DNA of 64,000 nucleotides, taken from positions 7,548 through 71,547 of IMG/VR virus record IMGVR_UViG_3300032304_000763; one strand, written 5' to 3'. Positions 27,816-38,011 of this stretch are shown here, piece by piece (positions within the stretch are counted from its first letter, which is position 1; the number at the start of each line of letters is the position of its first letter). A program made the translations under genes and the position numbers. The notes under the pieces are model-generated. The model had not been told where the DNA came from. It worked only from the letters and a program-made list of their open reading frames with translations, and searched no databases. The stretch comes from a virus.

Positions 27816-29246
27816 TCATCCTTCTAGATCAAAGCTCCAATATCCGGCAGTGTATTCGCCTTCAAAAGATTTGAGCCATTGATCAGTTTCCCACTTATAT
27901 TGAACACCTGTTTTAAGATTTTTAATATAGTATGGACTTACAGTTTGGGCCGCTGGATCAAAGATCACTGTCCACTGTGTTCCGCTCCATTCAATAATAG
28001 AATTAGCTGCGGCAACAAAGTCTGATCCGTTGGAATTCTTCCAAGCATCCGCACCGTCGGTGTTGTTTGTTGAACCAATATCATCTAAGATTAGATATTT
28101 TATACCAGCTACTCGTGTAGCTAGGGGATTAAATGTCTGTGGATTAATGATAGCATTAATGATTAAATCAGTTTGTGGTTCGGAATCAGTATCAAAATCT
28201 ACCACAAGAAATTGTGAATCAACTTCGTTAACTGAGAAAGTTCCTATTAACTCGTAACCGCTTGGTTGTAAAAATCTAATACGACTAATTCCCGGACGAT
28301 ACTTGCCATACTGTGGAATTATTTTGTTCCAATCAATCACAGCACCTGTTTTCTTAGGAATATCTAATCCGCTTTCTACAATAGCTTCGTTAGGATCTAA
28401 GGCACTGACATAATACGATCCAGTTTCTACATCAGTAACTGTTTTAGATGACAGCATTAATACTCCAAAGTTTCCTGGTGTTGTAACCACTGAGGTTGTT
28501 TTAACATCTGTATTATCAATAGGACTGTTAAATGCCAGTTCAGATAATGGTTTCAATTGACCATCATCGTCAAACATGTTCATGATAATTTTTTGTACCA
28601 CACCAAGTTTCTTAACTTTCACTGGCGGGCTAATATATATTGGCAATTCAAAATCTAATGTACAGATGTCAATGTCTGTTTCAGTGCCTTGAGGAATTGA
28701 TCTAGAGCTAAAGTTAGAGGCTGTTAGTTCAACAACACTTAAACTGGTCCAGTCGATGTAGTTGTCTGTGGTCTGTACTTCTAAACTTGGGTTGAATAAA
28801 ACTAAAATTTGTTCAAGTAACTGTAATTTTTGATCAGTGTTAGAAGTCCAAATATCTGCTCGCATACTTAATTTAAATGGCGTTGGCATCAATCTTTCAA
28901 CGGTATATCCGCCACCTTGAGTATTATCGTAAATTGGCTCACCGGTTTCATCGTCAAATGATTCGTATGACCTGCCACGCACACTAACCTTGCTGACAAA
29001 ACTAGCATCAGCTAATCGAGATCGATCAAGCTCTAGGCCTGTAATATAGCAAGAAATTTTAGGCACACTGGCCATTTTATTCTCAGAGTTTTCCTTGATA
29101 ATCTGAGCAACTTGTTTGGTTAGGTCGCCGTACATCACCGGCACTTGTTTCAACGCACCGTCATTGGATTGAAACTTAAAACCAATAAAGATTCTCATGA
29201 ACTGTGTAACGTATCGTCTTATTTGACCATCATAGAAAAAATCCAT
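27816..29246 (-). CDS. gp15: Tail sheath stabilizer/terminator (T4 gp15-like) with C-terminal extension
   Basis: FFYDGQIRRY..QF.RIF...VPVMYG...P.IS...MPTPF...QKLQLLEQILVLFNP; adjacent to neck genes. Confidence 0.7.
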   Translation of the reverse strand: MDFFYDGQIRRYVTQFMRIFIGFKFQSNDGALKQVPVMYGDLTKQVAQIIKENSENKMASVPKISCYITGLELDRSRLADASFVSKVSVRGRSYESFDDETGEPIYDNTQGGGYTVERLMPTPFKLSMRADIWTSNTDQKLQLLEQILVLFNPSLEVQTTDNYIDWTSLSVVELTASNFSSRSIPQGTETDIDICTLDFELPIYISPPVKVKKLGVVQKIIMNMFDDDGQLKPLSELAFNSPIDNTDVKTTSVVTTPGNFGVLMLSSKTVTDVETGSYYVSALDPNEAIVESGLDIPKKTGAVIDWNKIIPQYGKYRPGISRIRFLQPSGYELIGTFSVNEVDSQFLVVDFDTDSEPQTDLIINAIINPQTFNPLATRVAGIKYLILDDIGSTNNTDGADAWKNSNGSDFVAAANSIIEWSGTQWTVIFDPAAQTVSPYYIKNLKTGVQYKWETDQWLKSFEGEYTAGYWSFDLEG

Positions 29247-30460
29247 TATTCATCTGCCTTTGGTTTTAGTGCTTTGCTCAAGCTCTGTTTTTCTTTAACT
29301 AGTTTACCGTCGATCATTCGTTCGTTGGTGTTGTTAATAAATGTTCCTTTCTGATTCTGTTTGATATCTCTACCTTCAAATCTTTCACCTGAATCAGTAT
29401 CAGAAGTTCCTAGGTTGCTCATCGTCATGCGTACATTGTCTTCGTACTTGATCCAACGATTGCTGTTGAATCTAAACAGTCTCTTCGGAAAATAATCTGT
29501 ACGTAGACAAAATTGACCTTCGACTGGATTTGTAGGAAAAGTAATACCGCTGGTAAACGGAGCACCGTTTGGTGTAACAGCATCTTCGTGATAATTCTGA
29601 TATCCATCTTTAACCGGAGTAGCAATAATAACACTGGCATCCACACCAGACCCGTCATTGCTAGCTTCAATTGTGTCGAGGTCAGTAGTGACTAATTTTA
29701 CATTGCCGTTTTCGTCAACAGGCACTGTATAATACATTGATGTGTCGTACCCGCTTCTAGGAGCATCTGCTTCTGCTTGATCCAATACTGCTTCAGTAAT
29801 CCTCATCTCAGTATTGTAAGTACTCATGAGATCGCGGAGTGTAGTATTAGAATCCTCCCCAGTGTCATCTGCTAGGCCATCTAATATTTGTTTAAATTCT
29901 TGACTATCGACTAGCGGTGTACATTTAGCTCTATATAGATGTGGATACCATGTTGATGAAAATCCTTCGGCAGCACGAGTTACTTCTTCAATTACATAAA
30001 ATCTACGTAGAGCAAATTTAAGATCATTAAGAGCATGATAGTCTTTAAGATGCGGCAGTTCAATAACATCGCCGCCAATTAGTTTTCTTCCTATTTTTTC
30101 CACGGTATCGTTAATATGGAATGTGATAAAAATTGTATCGTTTTGTAAAAATAATCCAAACTGCGATAGATTAAAATCTAAATCTTGTATGTTGTATACG
30201 CCTCTAAGAACAAACACATCTGGATCATATTTTCTATCTCTATTTTCTAAAAATAGCAGATCCTGGATGTGTAACTCTGGAATTCCGCCTGTGTAAACAG
30301 GAGTTGTGGGTGTGCTTGTACCAGGTGAAGAATCACCCGGTCCAACGTATTTGTGGACTAGAACGTCAGTCCCGCCCACTTGGAACATTTCCCAGATGTT
30401 TCTATCAATGAATTTAAAGTCATTGCCGCGTTCTGGTTTATAAAGGCTTAATCTTGGCAT
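29246..30460 (-). CDS. gp14: Neck/head-closure protein (T4 gp14-like)
   Basis: LSQFGLFL..D.I.ITFH...GDVIELPH pattern; lies between gp13-like and gp15-like genes; start could also be 30466. Confidence 0.6.
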   Translation of the reverse strand: MPRLSLYKPERGNDFKFIDRNIWEMFQVGGTDVLVHKYVGPGDSSPGTSTPTTPVYTGGIPELHIQDLLFLENRDRKYDPDVFVLRGVYNIQDLDFNLSQFGLFLQNDTIFITFHINDTVEKIGRKLIGGDVIELPHLKDYHALNDLKFALRRFYVIEEVTRAAEGFSSTWYPHLYRAKCTPLVDSQEFKQILDGLADDTGEDSNTTLRDLMSTYNTEMRITEAVLDQAEADAPRSGYDTSMYYTVPVDENGNVKLVTTDLDTIEASNDGSGVDASVIIATPVKDGYQNYHEDAVTPNGAPFTSGITFPTNPVEGQFCLRTDYFPKRLFRFNSNRWIKYEDNVRMTMSNLGTSDTDSGERFEGRDIKQNQKGTFINNTNERMIDGKLVKEKQSLSKALKPKADE

Positions 30461-30467
30461 AGTCATA

Positions 30468-30488
30468 TATTTACCGCTACGATAAATA
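30468..30488. promoter_or_regulatory. Back-to-back divergent late promoters (TAAATA on both strands)
   Basis: Minus-strand TAAATA at 30468-30473 and plus-strand TAAATA at 30483-30488. Confidence 0.65.
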
Positions 30489-30493
30489 CTAGC

Positions 30494-31258
30494 ATGAGCC
30501 AACTTGACCAAGAAAAACAAAAAGTCTTTGATTACTGCCGTCTAATGCTGGGCGATGGCATGATTGATGTTGAATTAGACCCGCAACACTATGAAACTGC
30601 GTTACAGCGTAGTTTAGCAGTGTTTCGTCAACGTGCTGATAATTCAGTAGAAGAATCGTTTGCTTTTTTGACATTGTCAGAAGATCAAAACGAATATATT
30701 TTACCGGACAACATACAAACAGTACGTGAAATTTATAGAAGATCTATAGGTTCACGCAGCGGTGGAGGAAACGGCGGCACTGTGTTTGAACCGTTTAATT
30801 TGGCCTATACAAACACCTATTTGTTATCATCAACTAACATGGGTGGATTATTAACCTATGAATTATTTGCTGGTTATCAAGAGCGTGTGGGTAAAATGTT
30901 TGGTAGTTTTATTCAATTTACCTGGCATGCTCAGAGTCATAAACTCACAATACACCAAAGACCCAGAACTGACGAAGAAGTTATGTTATGGTGCTATAAT
31001 ACTAGACCAGATGTTGCTATGCTCGTAGATACTTACGCAGGCATTTGGATCAAAGACTACACCTTGGCCAATTGTAAGATGATGCTAGGACAGGCCCGTG
31101 AAAAGTTCGGCCAAATAGCAGGTCCACAGGGCGGCACACAGTTGAACGGTGCCACACTCAAGCAAGAAGCTCAAGCGGATATTGATCGCTTAACAGCTGA
31201 ATTAGTTAATTACGTACCTGGCCATGCTAACGCAGGTTATACTTTTGTAATTGGTTAA
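30494..31258 (+). CDS. gp13: Neck protein (T4 gp13-like)
   Basis: YCRLMLG...IDVELD...WIKDYTLA.CK..LG..REKF..I.GPQGG..LNG..L..EA. Confidence 0.75.
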   Translation: MSQLDQEKQKVFDYCRLMLGDGMIDVELDPQHYETALQRSLAVFRQRADNSVEESFAFLTLSEDQNEYILPDNIQTVREIYRRSIGSRSGGGNGGTVFEPFNLAYTNTYLLSSTNMGGLLTYELFAGYQERVGKMFGSFIQFTWHAQSHKLTIHQRPRTDEEVMLWCYNTRPDVAMLVDTYAGIWIKDYTLANCKMMLGQAREKFGQIAGPQGGTQLNGATLKQEAQADIDRLTAELVNYVPGHANAGYTFVIG

Positions 31259-31265
31259 AAATATA

Positions 31266-31294
31266 TTGATTTAAAACTACAACTCATGTATAAT
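31266..31294 (+). promoter_or_regulatory. sigma70 promoter for the dNMP kinase gene
   Basis: TTGATT-N17-TATAAT, followed by a GGAGGA SD. Confidence 0.7.
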
Positions 31295-31314
31295 ATTCTT
31301 AATTGGAGGATATT

Positions 31315-32004
31315 ATGATTGTAGGTATTTGCGGATTTATTGGCAGCGGTAAAGATACTATCGCTGACTATCTAGTTAACTTTCACGAATTTAGAAGAGA
31401 ATCTTTTGCCAGCACCCTTAAAGATGCTGTGGCAAGTGTATTTGGTTGGGACCGTACTATGCTTGAAGGCCGGACCAAAGAAGCCCGCGAGTGGCGAGAA
31501 CAAGTTGATCCGTGGTGGGCAGACCGATTAGCTATGCCCACACTTACTCCAAGATGGGTTTTACAATACTGGGGTACAGAAGTATGCCGCAAAGGCTTCC
31601 ATGATGATATCTGGATTGCTTCTTTAGAAAACAAACTTCGCAATAGTAAAGATAATGTAGTAATTTCTGACTGCCGATTTCCTAACGAAATTAAATCAAT
31701 CAAAGATGCAGGTGGCCAAATTGTATGGGTACAGCGTGGTGATCTTCCTAACTGGTATGATACAGCTATTGATGCTAACAGCGGTAGTAATGTAGCAGCC
31801 AATGAACTAAAACGCTTAAAGATTCATGCGTCCGAAACTGCTTGGGTAGGTACTGATTTTGATCTAATACTTGACAACAACGGTAGCATTGATGACCTAT
31901 ATAAGAATGCCAAATCACTAGTAGTCGGCAACAAGATCGCCTTGCCGCCAAGTAATTCCTTCCTTAGCCAACACATTAGCACAGTTACAGCAGATAGTTT
32001 TTAA
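31315..32004 (+). CDS. Deoxynucleoside monophosphate kinase (T4 gp1-like)
   Basis: G.IGSGKDT P-loop, SFA..LKD, TPRWVLQYWGTE, ISDCRFPNE, HASE. Confidence 0.88.
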   Translation: MIVGICGFIGSGKDTIADYLVNFHEFRRESFASTLKDAVASVFGWDRTMLEGRTKEAREWREQVDPWWADRLAMPTLTPRWVLQYWGTEVCRKGFHDDIWIASLENKLRNSKDNVVISDCRFPNEIKSIKDAGGQIVWVQRGDLPNWYDTAIDANSGSNVAANELKRLKIHASETAWVGTDFDLILDNNGSIDDLYKNAKSLVVGNKIALPPSNSFLSQHISTVTADSF

Positions 32005-32253
32005 ATTAGCAGGGCGGCAATTGTCTAAGTTGCCGTCTATGTGAAACACTCTAAACACTTCTCGATGCGGGCTTTTATGTCCGCATTTTTCGCATTGCGA
32101 TTTCATTTTATACCCTGCTCTGACCCAGCGGGGTATTCTATGACCTAAACCGTGGGCTAGGCATATTTCACATAGTTTGCGATAGTATGTTCTATCATTC
32201 TTTTTATAGTTAACAGCACGGGGTCTTTGTCCGCACTTACACAGTGGTCTCAT
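31918..32253 (-). CDS. Zn-binding HNH-like protein
   Basis: CxC/CxxC pairs; CEKCG...HIDGNLDNC...NLKTICCNC; minus-strand TAAATA 5 nt before the ATG at 32253. Confidence 0.65.
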   Translation of the reverse strand: MRPLCKCGQRPRAVNYKKNDRTYYRKLCEICLAHGLGHRIPRWVRAGYKMKSQCEKCGHKSPHREVFRVFHIDGNLDNCRPANLKTICCNCANVLAKEGITWRQGDLVADY

Positions 32254-32369
32254 ATTAATATTTAAAAGAATTGGACCTTTTTCTTCCCTTTTCTGATGGT
32301 TTAAACGCTGTGTTTTTTGATCCTGCGAATAAATATTATACAAGGTTCAACCCATCAGGAGATAACGGA

Positions 32370-35300
32370 ATGGCACTAACATCACCAGGCGTAGAAGTTA
32401 CGGTAATTGACGAGAGTTTTTATACACCAGCTGAAAGCAGCACAACTCCCCTCATCGTAATTGCTACAGCAGACAACAAATCAAATGCCAGCGGAACAGG
32501 TACAGCACAAGGTACATTAGCTTCCAACGCAGGCAAAGTTTACAAAGTTTCCAGCCAAAGAGAGCTTATTGACTTCTTTGGTGTACCATCATTTAAGCGA
32601 ACAATTTCTGGAGCACCTAGACACGGTGACGAGCAGAACGAATACGGCCTACAAGCCGCATATAGTTTCTTAGGTTCAGCTAACACTGCTTACATTGTTA
32701 GAGCAGGTGTTAACCTAGACGACCTAACTGCTAGATCAGAAGTTCCTGGTTCTGAGGCCACAGACGGCCAATGGTGGTTAGATACTCAAAGTACTAACTG
32801 GGGTATTTTTGAGTGGGATTCAGCTCCTGCCAGTTTAGCAGGACAAAAATTTACAAATAAAGTGCCGGTTGTTATCACAGCAGACGATACAGAAAGCCTA
32901 GACGGAACAGAACCAGCAAGTGGTGTTGGCCGCGTTGGTGACTATGCTGTAGTTGCTGCTTCTGATGTGATTAGAATGTATTACAAAGGCAGAGATTACA
33001 CAACAGTTGGTGAGCCGATTTCTTGGCAGTTGATCGGCACTAAAGAGTGGCGTAAGTTTTGGCCAGCGTTTACCGCAGAAAATGATGGGCATTCAGCTCA
33101 AACAACATCAACAACATTCTTAATCAACGGTGTCCAGATTAACGTACCTGCTTACACAACTGTAACTAATATGGTTACATTGATCAACAATGCGTTGATT
33201 CAAGGTGTTAGAGCAGCATCAGTAAACGGATTTGTGACTTTGTTTATCACTGACACAACCGACGATATGGTTGGCGATTCATCTGGCAGTAATGCTATTG
33301 TTTTAGAAAACGGATCAGCAACTATTCAAGTGTTATTTGGTATCGCAGCTGGAACATATTATGGTCCAGAACTTAACATTGCTCCCCATACACAAGTACC
33401 ACAGTGGAAAACAGCAGCTTCTGGCCCAAGACCATCTGGATCTATCTGGGTTAAGAGTACTGATCCTAATCTTGGTGCTCGTTGGAGAGTCAAGCGTTGG
33501 AACGGTGCTGCTAAATCGTGGTTAGAAGTCGCTGCTCCATTGTATGCTAACGCACAATCAGCAATCTACGGTGTTAACAGATCAGCTGGCGGACTTGGCA
33601 TAGAAAAAGACACCCTATATGTTCAATACAACTATAGTGAAGATACTGGTTACGATAATACACCGCAAACAGCCAGCTTCAAAACATTTGCTAGAAGAAC
33701 CAAAGGCCAATCATCTGTAACATCAGATACAATTGGTACTGGAACATTTAGCGGTAGCTATTCGATTAGCCTAAGAGAAAGTTTAATTAACAGTGCTGCT
33801 TTATCAAGTTCAGTGACAGTGTCGTTTACATCAGCAGGAACAGCAGCTGATGCTAATACACTACGTCAAGCTATTAATAACTCTGGACTTATTAACGTAG
33901 AAGCAACTGTAATTGATGGAAAAATCACCATCAACCACAAACTAGGTGGCGAAATTAGAATTGTTGACACTAACGGTTTATTTGGTGACGCTGGATTTGT
34001 TGAATACAATGTCAACGACGCAACTGGAACTCCGAACTTCTATGGCTCTCCAAGTGTAGACAGCGATTACGATTATGTAGTCAGCAATTATATCCCATTG
34101 AGTGGCACAGCAACTGGTTATGTAGCAGCCAAAGACGCTCCATTAAACGACCCAGCTGACGGTCAACGTTGGTATTCTAGTCTAGTTGACGAAGTTGACA
34201 TTATGGTACATAATGGCGATGCTTGGGTTGGTTACAAGTACAATGGTTCGTCTGGTAATGCTACTGGAGCATCACCATACTTTGCCAACGGTACAGATTC
34301 CGCTGGTCCGCTAGTTACACCAACTCGTCCGCTATTACAGCGTGATGGAACTGCTCTTGTAACAGGCGACCTATGGATTGACACTAGCGATTTAGAAAAC
34401 TATCCTGTGATTTACAGATATCAATCAGGGCTAACAGATCAAATCGCCAACAACTGGGTACTGCTTGACAAAGGCGATCAAAACTCAGAAGACGGTATTG
34501 TATTTGCTGATGTTCGTTGGGATCTCAACGGTGAAAGCAAAGAAGCTGCTTCGATTGTTGAACTACTTGCCAGCGACTTTGTTGACTTTGACGCACCAGA
34601 TCCAACACTATATCCAAGAGGTATTTTGTTGTTTAACACTCGTAGAAGCGGATTCAATGTTAAGAAATATGTAAGAAACTATGTTGATACATCTGCTGAC
34701 AACGATCAATATGGTGGCGAGTCTATGATAGACTACGAATCAGCACGTTGGGTTTCTGATTCTGCTGATACATTTGGTAGAAAATCACAACGTCAAGTGA
34801 TCGTTACTGCGTTAAAAGCACTAATTAATTCTAATACAGAAATTAGAGAAGACGAAATCCGCAACTTCAACATTATTTCTTGCCCAGGCTATCCTGAGCT
34901 AATTCAAAATATGATTGAACTAAACGTTGATCGCGGAACAACAGCATTTGTTGTTGGTGACACTCCATTTAGATTGTTGCCAGATACAAATTCGTTAACA
35001 AGCTGGGGACAGAATTTAAACGCTGCCACTGACAACGGTGATCAAGGCCTTGTTAGTGCTGATGCTTACTCGTCAGTGTTTTATCCAAGCGGTTTAACTT
35101 CTGACAATAGCGGTAACACTGTTATGGTTCCAGCAAGTCACATGATGCTACGTACTATTGCTCTAAGCGACCAAGTTAGTTATCCATGGTTTGCTCCGGC
35201 CGGTATTAGAAGAGGTGGTGTTACTAATGCTACTGCAGCAGGATACTTAGATTCAAGAACTAGCGAATTTAGACCAGTTGCGTTAACAGAAGGACAGCGT

Positions 35301-35729
35301 GATGCGTTGTATAATGTTAAAGTTAATCCAATTACATTCTTCAACGGTGTTGGACTTGTAAACTACGGTCAAAAGACATTGAGTTCTGGTTCATCAGCAC
35401 TTGACAGAATCAATGTTGCTAGATTGGTAATTTATCTACGTACTCAACTAAACAAACTAGCTAAACCGTTTGTGTTTGAGCCTAACGATAAGTTAACAAG
35501 AGATGAAATTAGACAAGCAGTTGAAAGCCTATTATTAGAGCTTGTAGGCCTACGTGCTATCTATGACTACGCTGTGGTTTGTGATGAAACAAACAATACT
35601 CCAGCAAGAATTGATCGAAATGAACTGTATGTTGATATCGCAATTGAGCCAGTTAAAGCAATTGAGTTCATCTACATTCCATTAAGATTAAAGAATACAG
35701 GAGAGATCCAGGCTTCTAGAGCAGCGTAA
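32370..35729 (+). CDS. gp18: Tail sheath protein (T4 gp18-like, enlarged)
   Basis: MALTSPGVEVTVIDES N-terminus; PWFAPAGIRRG, NPI, YGQKT, SALDRINVARL, FEPND..TR, CDETNNTP.RIDRNEL.VDIAIEP.KAIEFI; TAAATA at 32330. Confidence 0.92.
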   Translation: MALTSPGVEVTVIDESFYTPAESSTTPLIVIATADNKSNASGTGTAQGTLASNAGKVYKVSSQRELIDFFGVPSFKRTISGAPRHGDEQNEYGLQAAYSFLGSANTAYIVRAGVNLDDLTARSEVPGSEATDGQWWLDTQSTNWGIFEWDSAPASLAGQKFTNKVPVVITADDTESLDGTEPASGVGRVGDYAVVAASDVIRMYYKGRDYTTVGEPISWQLIGTKEWRKFWPAFTAENDGHSAQTTSTTFLINGVQINVPAYTTVTNMVTLINNALIQGVRAASVNGFVTLFITDTTDDMVGDSSGSNAIVLENGSATIQVLFGIAAGTYYGPELNIAPHTQVPQWKTAASGPRPSGSIWVKSTDPNLGARWRVKRWNGAAKSWLEVAAPLYANAQSAIYGVNRSAGGLGIEKDTLYVQYNYSEDTGYDNTPQTASFKTFARRTKGQSSVTSDTIGTGTFSGSYSISLRESLINSAALSSSVTVSFTSAGTAADANTLRQAINNSGLINVEATVIDGKITINHKLGGEIRIVDTNGLFGDAGFVEYNVNDATGTPNFYGSPSVDSDYDYVVSNYIPLSGTATGYVAAKDAPLNDPADGQRWYSSLVDEVDIMVHNGDAWVGYKYNGSSGNATGASPYFANGTDSAGPLVTPTRPLLQRDGTALVTGDLWIDTSDLENYPVIYRYQSGLTDQIANNWVLLDKGDQNSEDGIVFADVRWDLNGESKEAASIVELLASDFVDFDAPDPTLYPRGILLFNTRRSGFNVKKYVRNYVDTSADNDQYGGESMIDYESARWVSDSADTFGRKSQRQVIVTALKALINSNTEIREDEIRNFNIISCPGYPELIQNMIELNVDRGTTAFVVGDTPFRLLPDTNSLTSWGQNLNAATDNGDQGLVSADAYSSVFYPSGLTSDNSGNTVMVPASHMMLRTIALSDQVSYPWFAPAGIRRGGVTNATAAGYLDSRTSEFRPVALTEGQRDALYNVKVNPITFFNGVGLVNYGQKTLSSGSSALDRINVARLVIYLRTQLNKLAKPFVFEPNDKLTRDEIRQAVESLLLELVGLRAIYDYAVVCDETNNTPARIDRNELYVDIAIEPVKAIEFIYIPLRLKNTGEIQASRAA

Positions 35730-35733
35730 CGCG

Positions 35734-35751
35734 AGGGGGAGAAATCCCCCT
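35734..35751 (+). terminator. GAAA-tetraloop hairpin between sheath and tube genes (weak terminator or stabiliser)
   Basis: aggggga-gaaa-tccccct with only a short U tract. Confidence 0.5.
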
Positions 35752-35791
35752 TCAATAGAAGATAAATAACATTATCCGGAGCATAAAGAAT

Positions 35792-36421
35792 ATGGCAATT
35801 TCAACACTATCAAAATTAACAGTACCTTTAGCAACTGACGCTTCGTCAAGTACTCAAGGCTTGTTAATGCCCAAGCTAAAGTACAGATTTAGGGTAGTCT
35901 TACAAGGCTTCGGGGCAAATGGCACAGTATCAACAGAATTAACTAAACAAGTAAACGATATCACCCGACCAAAGATTAACTTTGAAGAGATCGAACTACC
36001 AGTTTATAACTCAAGAGTATATCTAGCAGGTAGACATAATTGGGAACCAGTTACCTTAAACGTAAGAGACGATGCTACGGGATCTATCCAACGTTTGTGC
36101 GGTGAGCAAATTCAGAAACAGTTTGATTTCTTTGAACAGTCCGGAGCAGCATCTGGCCAAGATTACAAGTTTACTACACTGATTGAATTACTTGATGGCG
36201 GTAACGGAGCACAAACTCCAAACGTTTTAGAAACATTTGAATTGTATGGTTGTTTTGTTCAGAACATCGATTACGGTGATTTGAACTACACATCAAACGA
36301 GCCAGCGATGATTGCTCTAGCTATTCGTTATGATAATGCTATCCAGTACAAAGGCGGCGGCATTGATGGTATCGGTAGAAATATTGGTGCTAGAGCAGCA
36401 GGCAGCTTATCAACAGGTTAA
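35792..36421 (+). CDS. gp19: Tail tube protein (gp19-like)
   Basis: Follows the sheath; PKLKYRFRV, RP.I.FEEI, YLAGR..WEP.TL..RDD, L.GCF.....YGDL.Y, IRYDNA. Confidence 0.8.
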   Translation: MAISTLSKLTVPLATDASSSTQGLLMPKLKYRFRVVLQGFGANGTVSTELTKQVNDITRPKINFEEIELPVYNSRVYLAGRHNWEPVTLNVRDDATGSIQRLCGEQIQKQFDFFEQSGAASGQDYKFTTLIELLDGGNGAQTPNVLETFELYGCFVQNIDYGDLNYTSNEPAMIALAIRYDNAIQYKGGGIDGIGRNIGARAAGSLSTG

Positions 36422-36437
36422 TCAACGATTAACATTT

Positions 36438-36467
36438 AAAAGCCCGATTTTATATCGGGCTTTTTTT
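36438..36467 (+). terminator. Rho-independent terminator (possibly bidirectional)
   Basis: aaaagcccgat-tttat-atcgggc-ttttttt. Confidence 0.85.
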
Positions 36468-36483
36468 ATCACTAAATAATAGT

Positions 36484-37623
36484 ATGGCAGATAAATTTAC
36501 ACGATTCATATCAGGAGTTGGACAAGGGCTCCTAAATCCCAAAGGAAACCTTGGCGATGCTAGACATGCCGCACGACTGTACGTCGACAATCAGTTTGCT
36601 CGAGCACCTAGAACAAAATTTTTATATCACGTAGCATTTGATATTGCCGAACCAGCATTACTGTCAAAAAAATTCAGTGACAAACGTAAAGAAGTAAGCA
36701 TGTTAGTAAAAGGTGCTGACCTTCCTAGAATTACCATTGACCACGATATTAAAAATCAATATAATCGAAAACGAGTTATCTACAAAGAATTAAAATACGA
36801 ACCGCTTAACATTAGCTTTCACGATGACAATATTGGTATTGTAAATGCCTTATGGGCACAGTATTTGAGTTATTATTCACCTGAGCGACTAAACCCAGTC
36901 GAAGCTTGGACCGACACCTCATTTGGTCCGTATAAAAGTATTGACGGCGAAAAGTCTAAATGGAATTATGGTCTAGATAGATCTAAGGGAACATCGAGTA
37001 CATATTATGGTCCGGACGCTACTGCGTATACAAAACCGTTTTTTAGATCAATCACTTTGTATACATTGAGTAGAAAAAAATTCAACAGCTATACTTTAAT
37101 TAATCCGCACATTGTTAGTTGGAACCACGGTAATCTTGATCAAAATTCAAACAACGGTACGGTTGAAGCTCAGATGAGTCTTGTGTATGAATCTATTTTA
37201 TACGGTACAGGATCAGTCATCAAAGGCAAAGAACCAACAGGGTTTGCTGATCTGTTCTATGACAAAACTCCTAGCCCGTTATCAATTGGGGGCGGAACAT
37301 TATCTAGTGTATTTGGCCCAGGCGGCTTATTAGCAGCCGGTAGTAGTATTATCGAAGATGCTCAAACAATTTATGGAGAAGGAAATGTACAAGAAGCTGG
37401 CATAGGACCACTAGGCTTAGGAACCATAATATCAGCAGCTAATTTTTATAAGAGTATTAGATCGATAAGCAAAGAAAGTCTTATCGCTGAAGCTACAAAT
37501 TTAATTACCAGTCCGGGAGCATTTTCAAATGCGGTTAGTGGTTTACAAGGTGTGTCGTTTGGCGCACAGCAGTCTGCTAGAGAGGCTGGATTTTTTAGAA
37601 CTACACCGAACGTTCCACTTTAA
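36484..37623 (+). CDS. Tube-fold baseplate protein (gp54/gp48-like)
   Basis: VK.ADLP.......KNQYNRKR.....KYEP.NISFHDD tube-like motif. Confidence 0.55.
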   Translation: MADKFTRFISGVGQGLLNPKGNLGDARHAARLYVDNQFARAPRTKFLYHVAFDIAEPALLSKKFSDKRKEVSMLVKGADLPRITIDHDIKNQYNRKRVIYKELKYEPLNISFHDDNIGIVNALWAQYLSYYSPERLNPVEAWTDTSFGPYKSIDGEKSKWNYGLDRSKGTSSTYYGPDATAYTKPFFRSITLYTLSRKKFNSYTLINPHIVSWNHGNLDQNSNNGTVEAQMSLVYESILYGTGSVIKGKEPTGFADLFYDKTPSPLSIGGGTLSSVFGPGGLLAAGSSIIEDAQTIYGEGNVQEAGIGPLGLGTIISAANFYKSIRSISKESLIAEATNLITSPGAFSNAVSGLQGVSFGAQQSAREAGFFRTTPNVPL

Positions 37624-37630
37624 TTAATAT

Positions 37631-38011
37631 ATGAACAACACCCTATCTAATTTACCAACAACACAGGCTGCTCCTGATAGTGCTGATAAGAGCAGAGTAT
37701 ATCTAAATAACTTTGGGCAGTCCGGTGAAGAATATTCAGGTGCTGATGTCGACGCTACTGTTGGATTTCTATCTAAACGTGGATTTGGTCTCGAAGCTGC
37801 TACTGTTACCGCTATGGTGTTGTTAAGGCAAGCCAAACAGGATAACATATCCGTGTTTAAGTTGTTAGATACTTTAGATACTTTACAAACCTTAGAGCTG
37901 TCGGCTCTTGTTAGCGAAATATTAAATCAAAACAGATCTCAAACATCTAGATTAGGATTCAAGGTACCAGTATCTGCTAATCAGCAAAAGATAAGAAACA
38001 TCAAAGCATAA
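37631..38011 (+). CDS. Hypothetical protein
   Basis: 126-aa ORF packed between tail and head genes. Confidence 0.55.
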   Translation: MNNTLSNLPTTQAAPDSADKSRVYLNNFGQSGEEYSGADVDATVGFLSKRGFGLEAATVTAMVLLRQAKQDNISVFKLLDTLDTLQTLELSALVSEILNQNRSQTSRLGFKVPVSANQQKIRNIKA

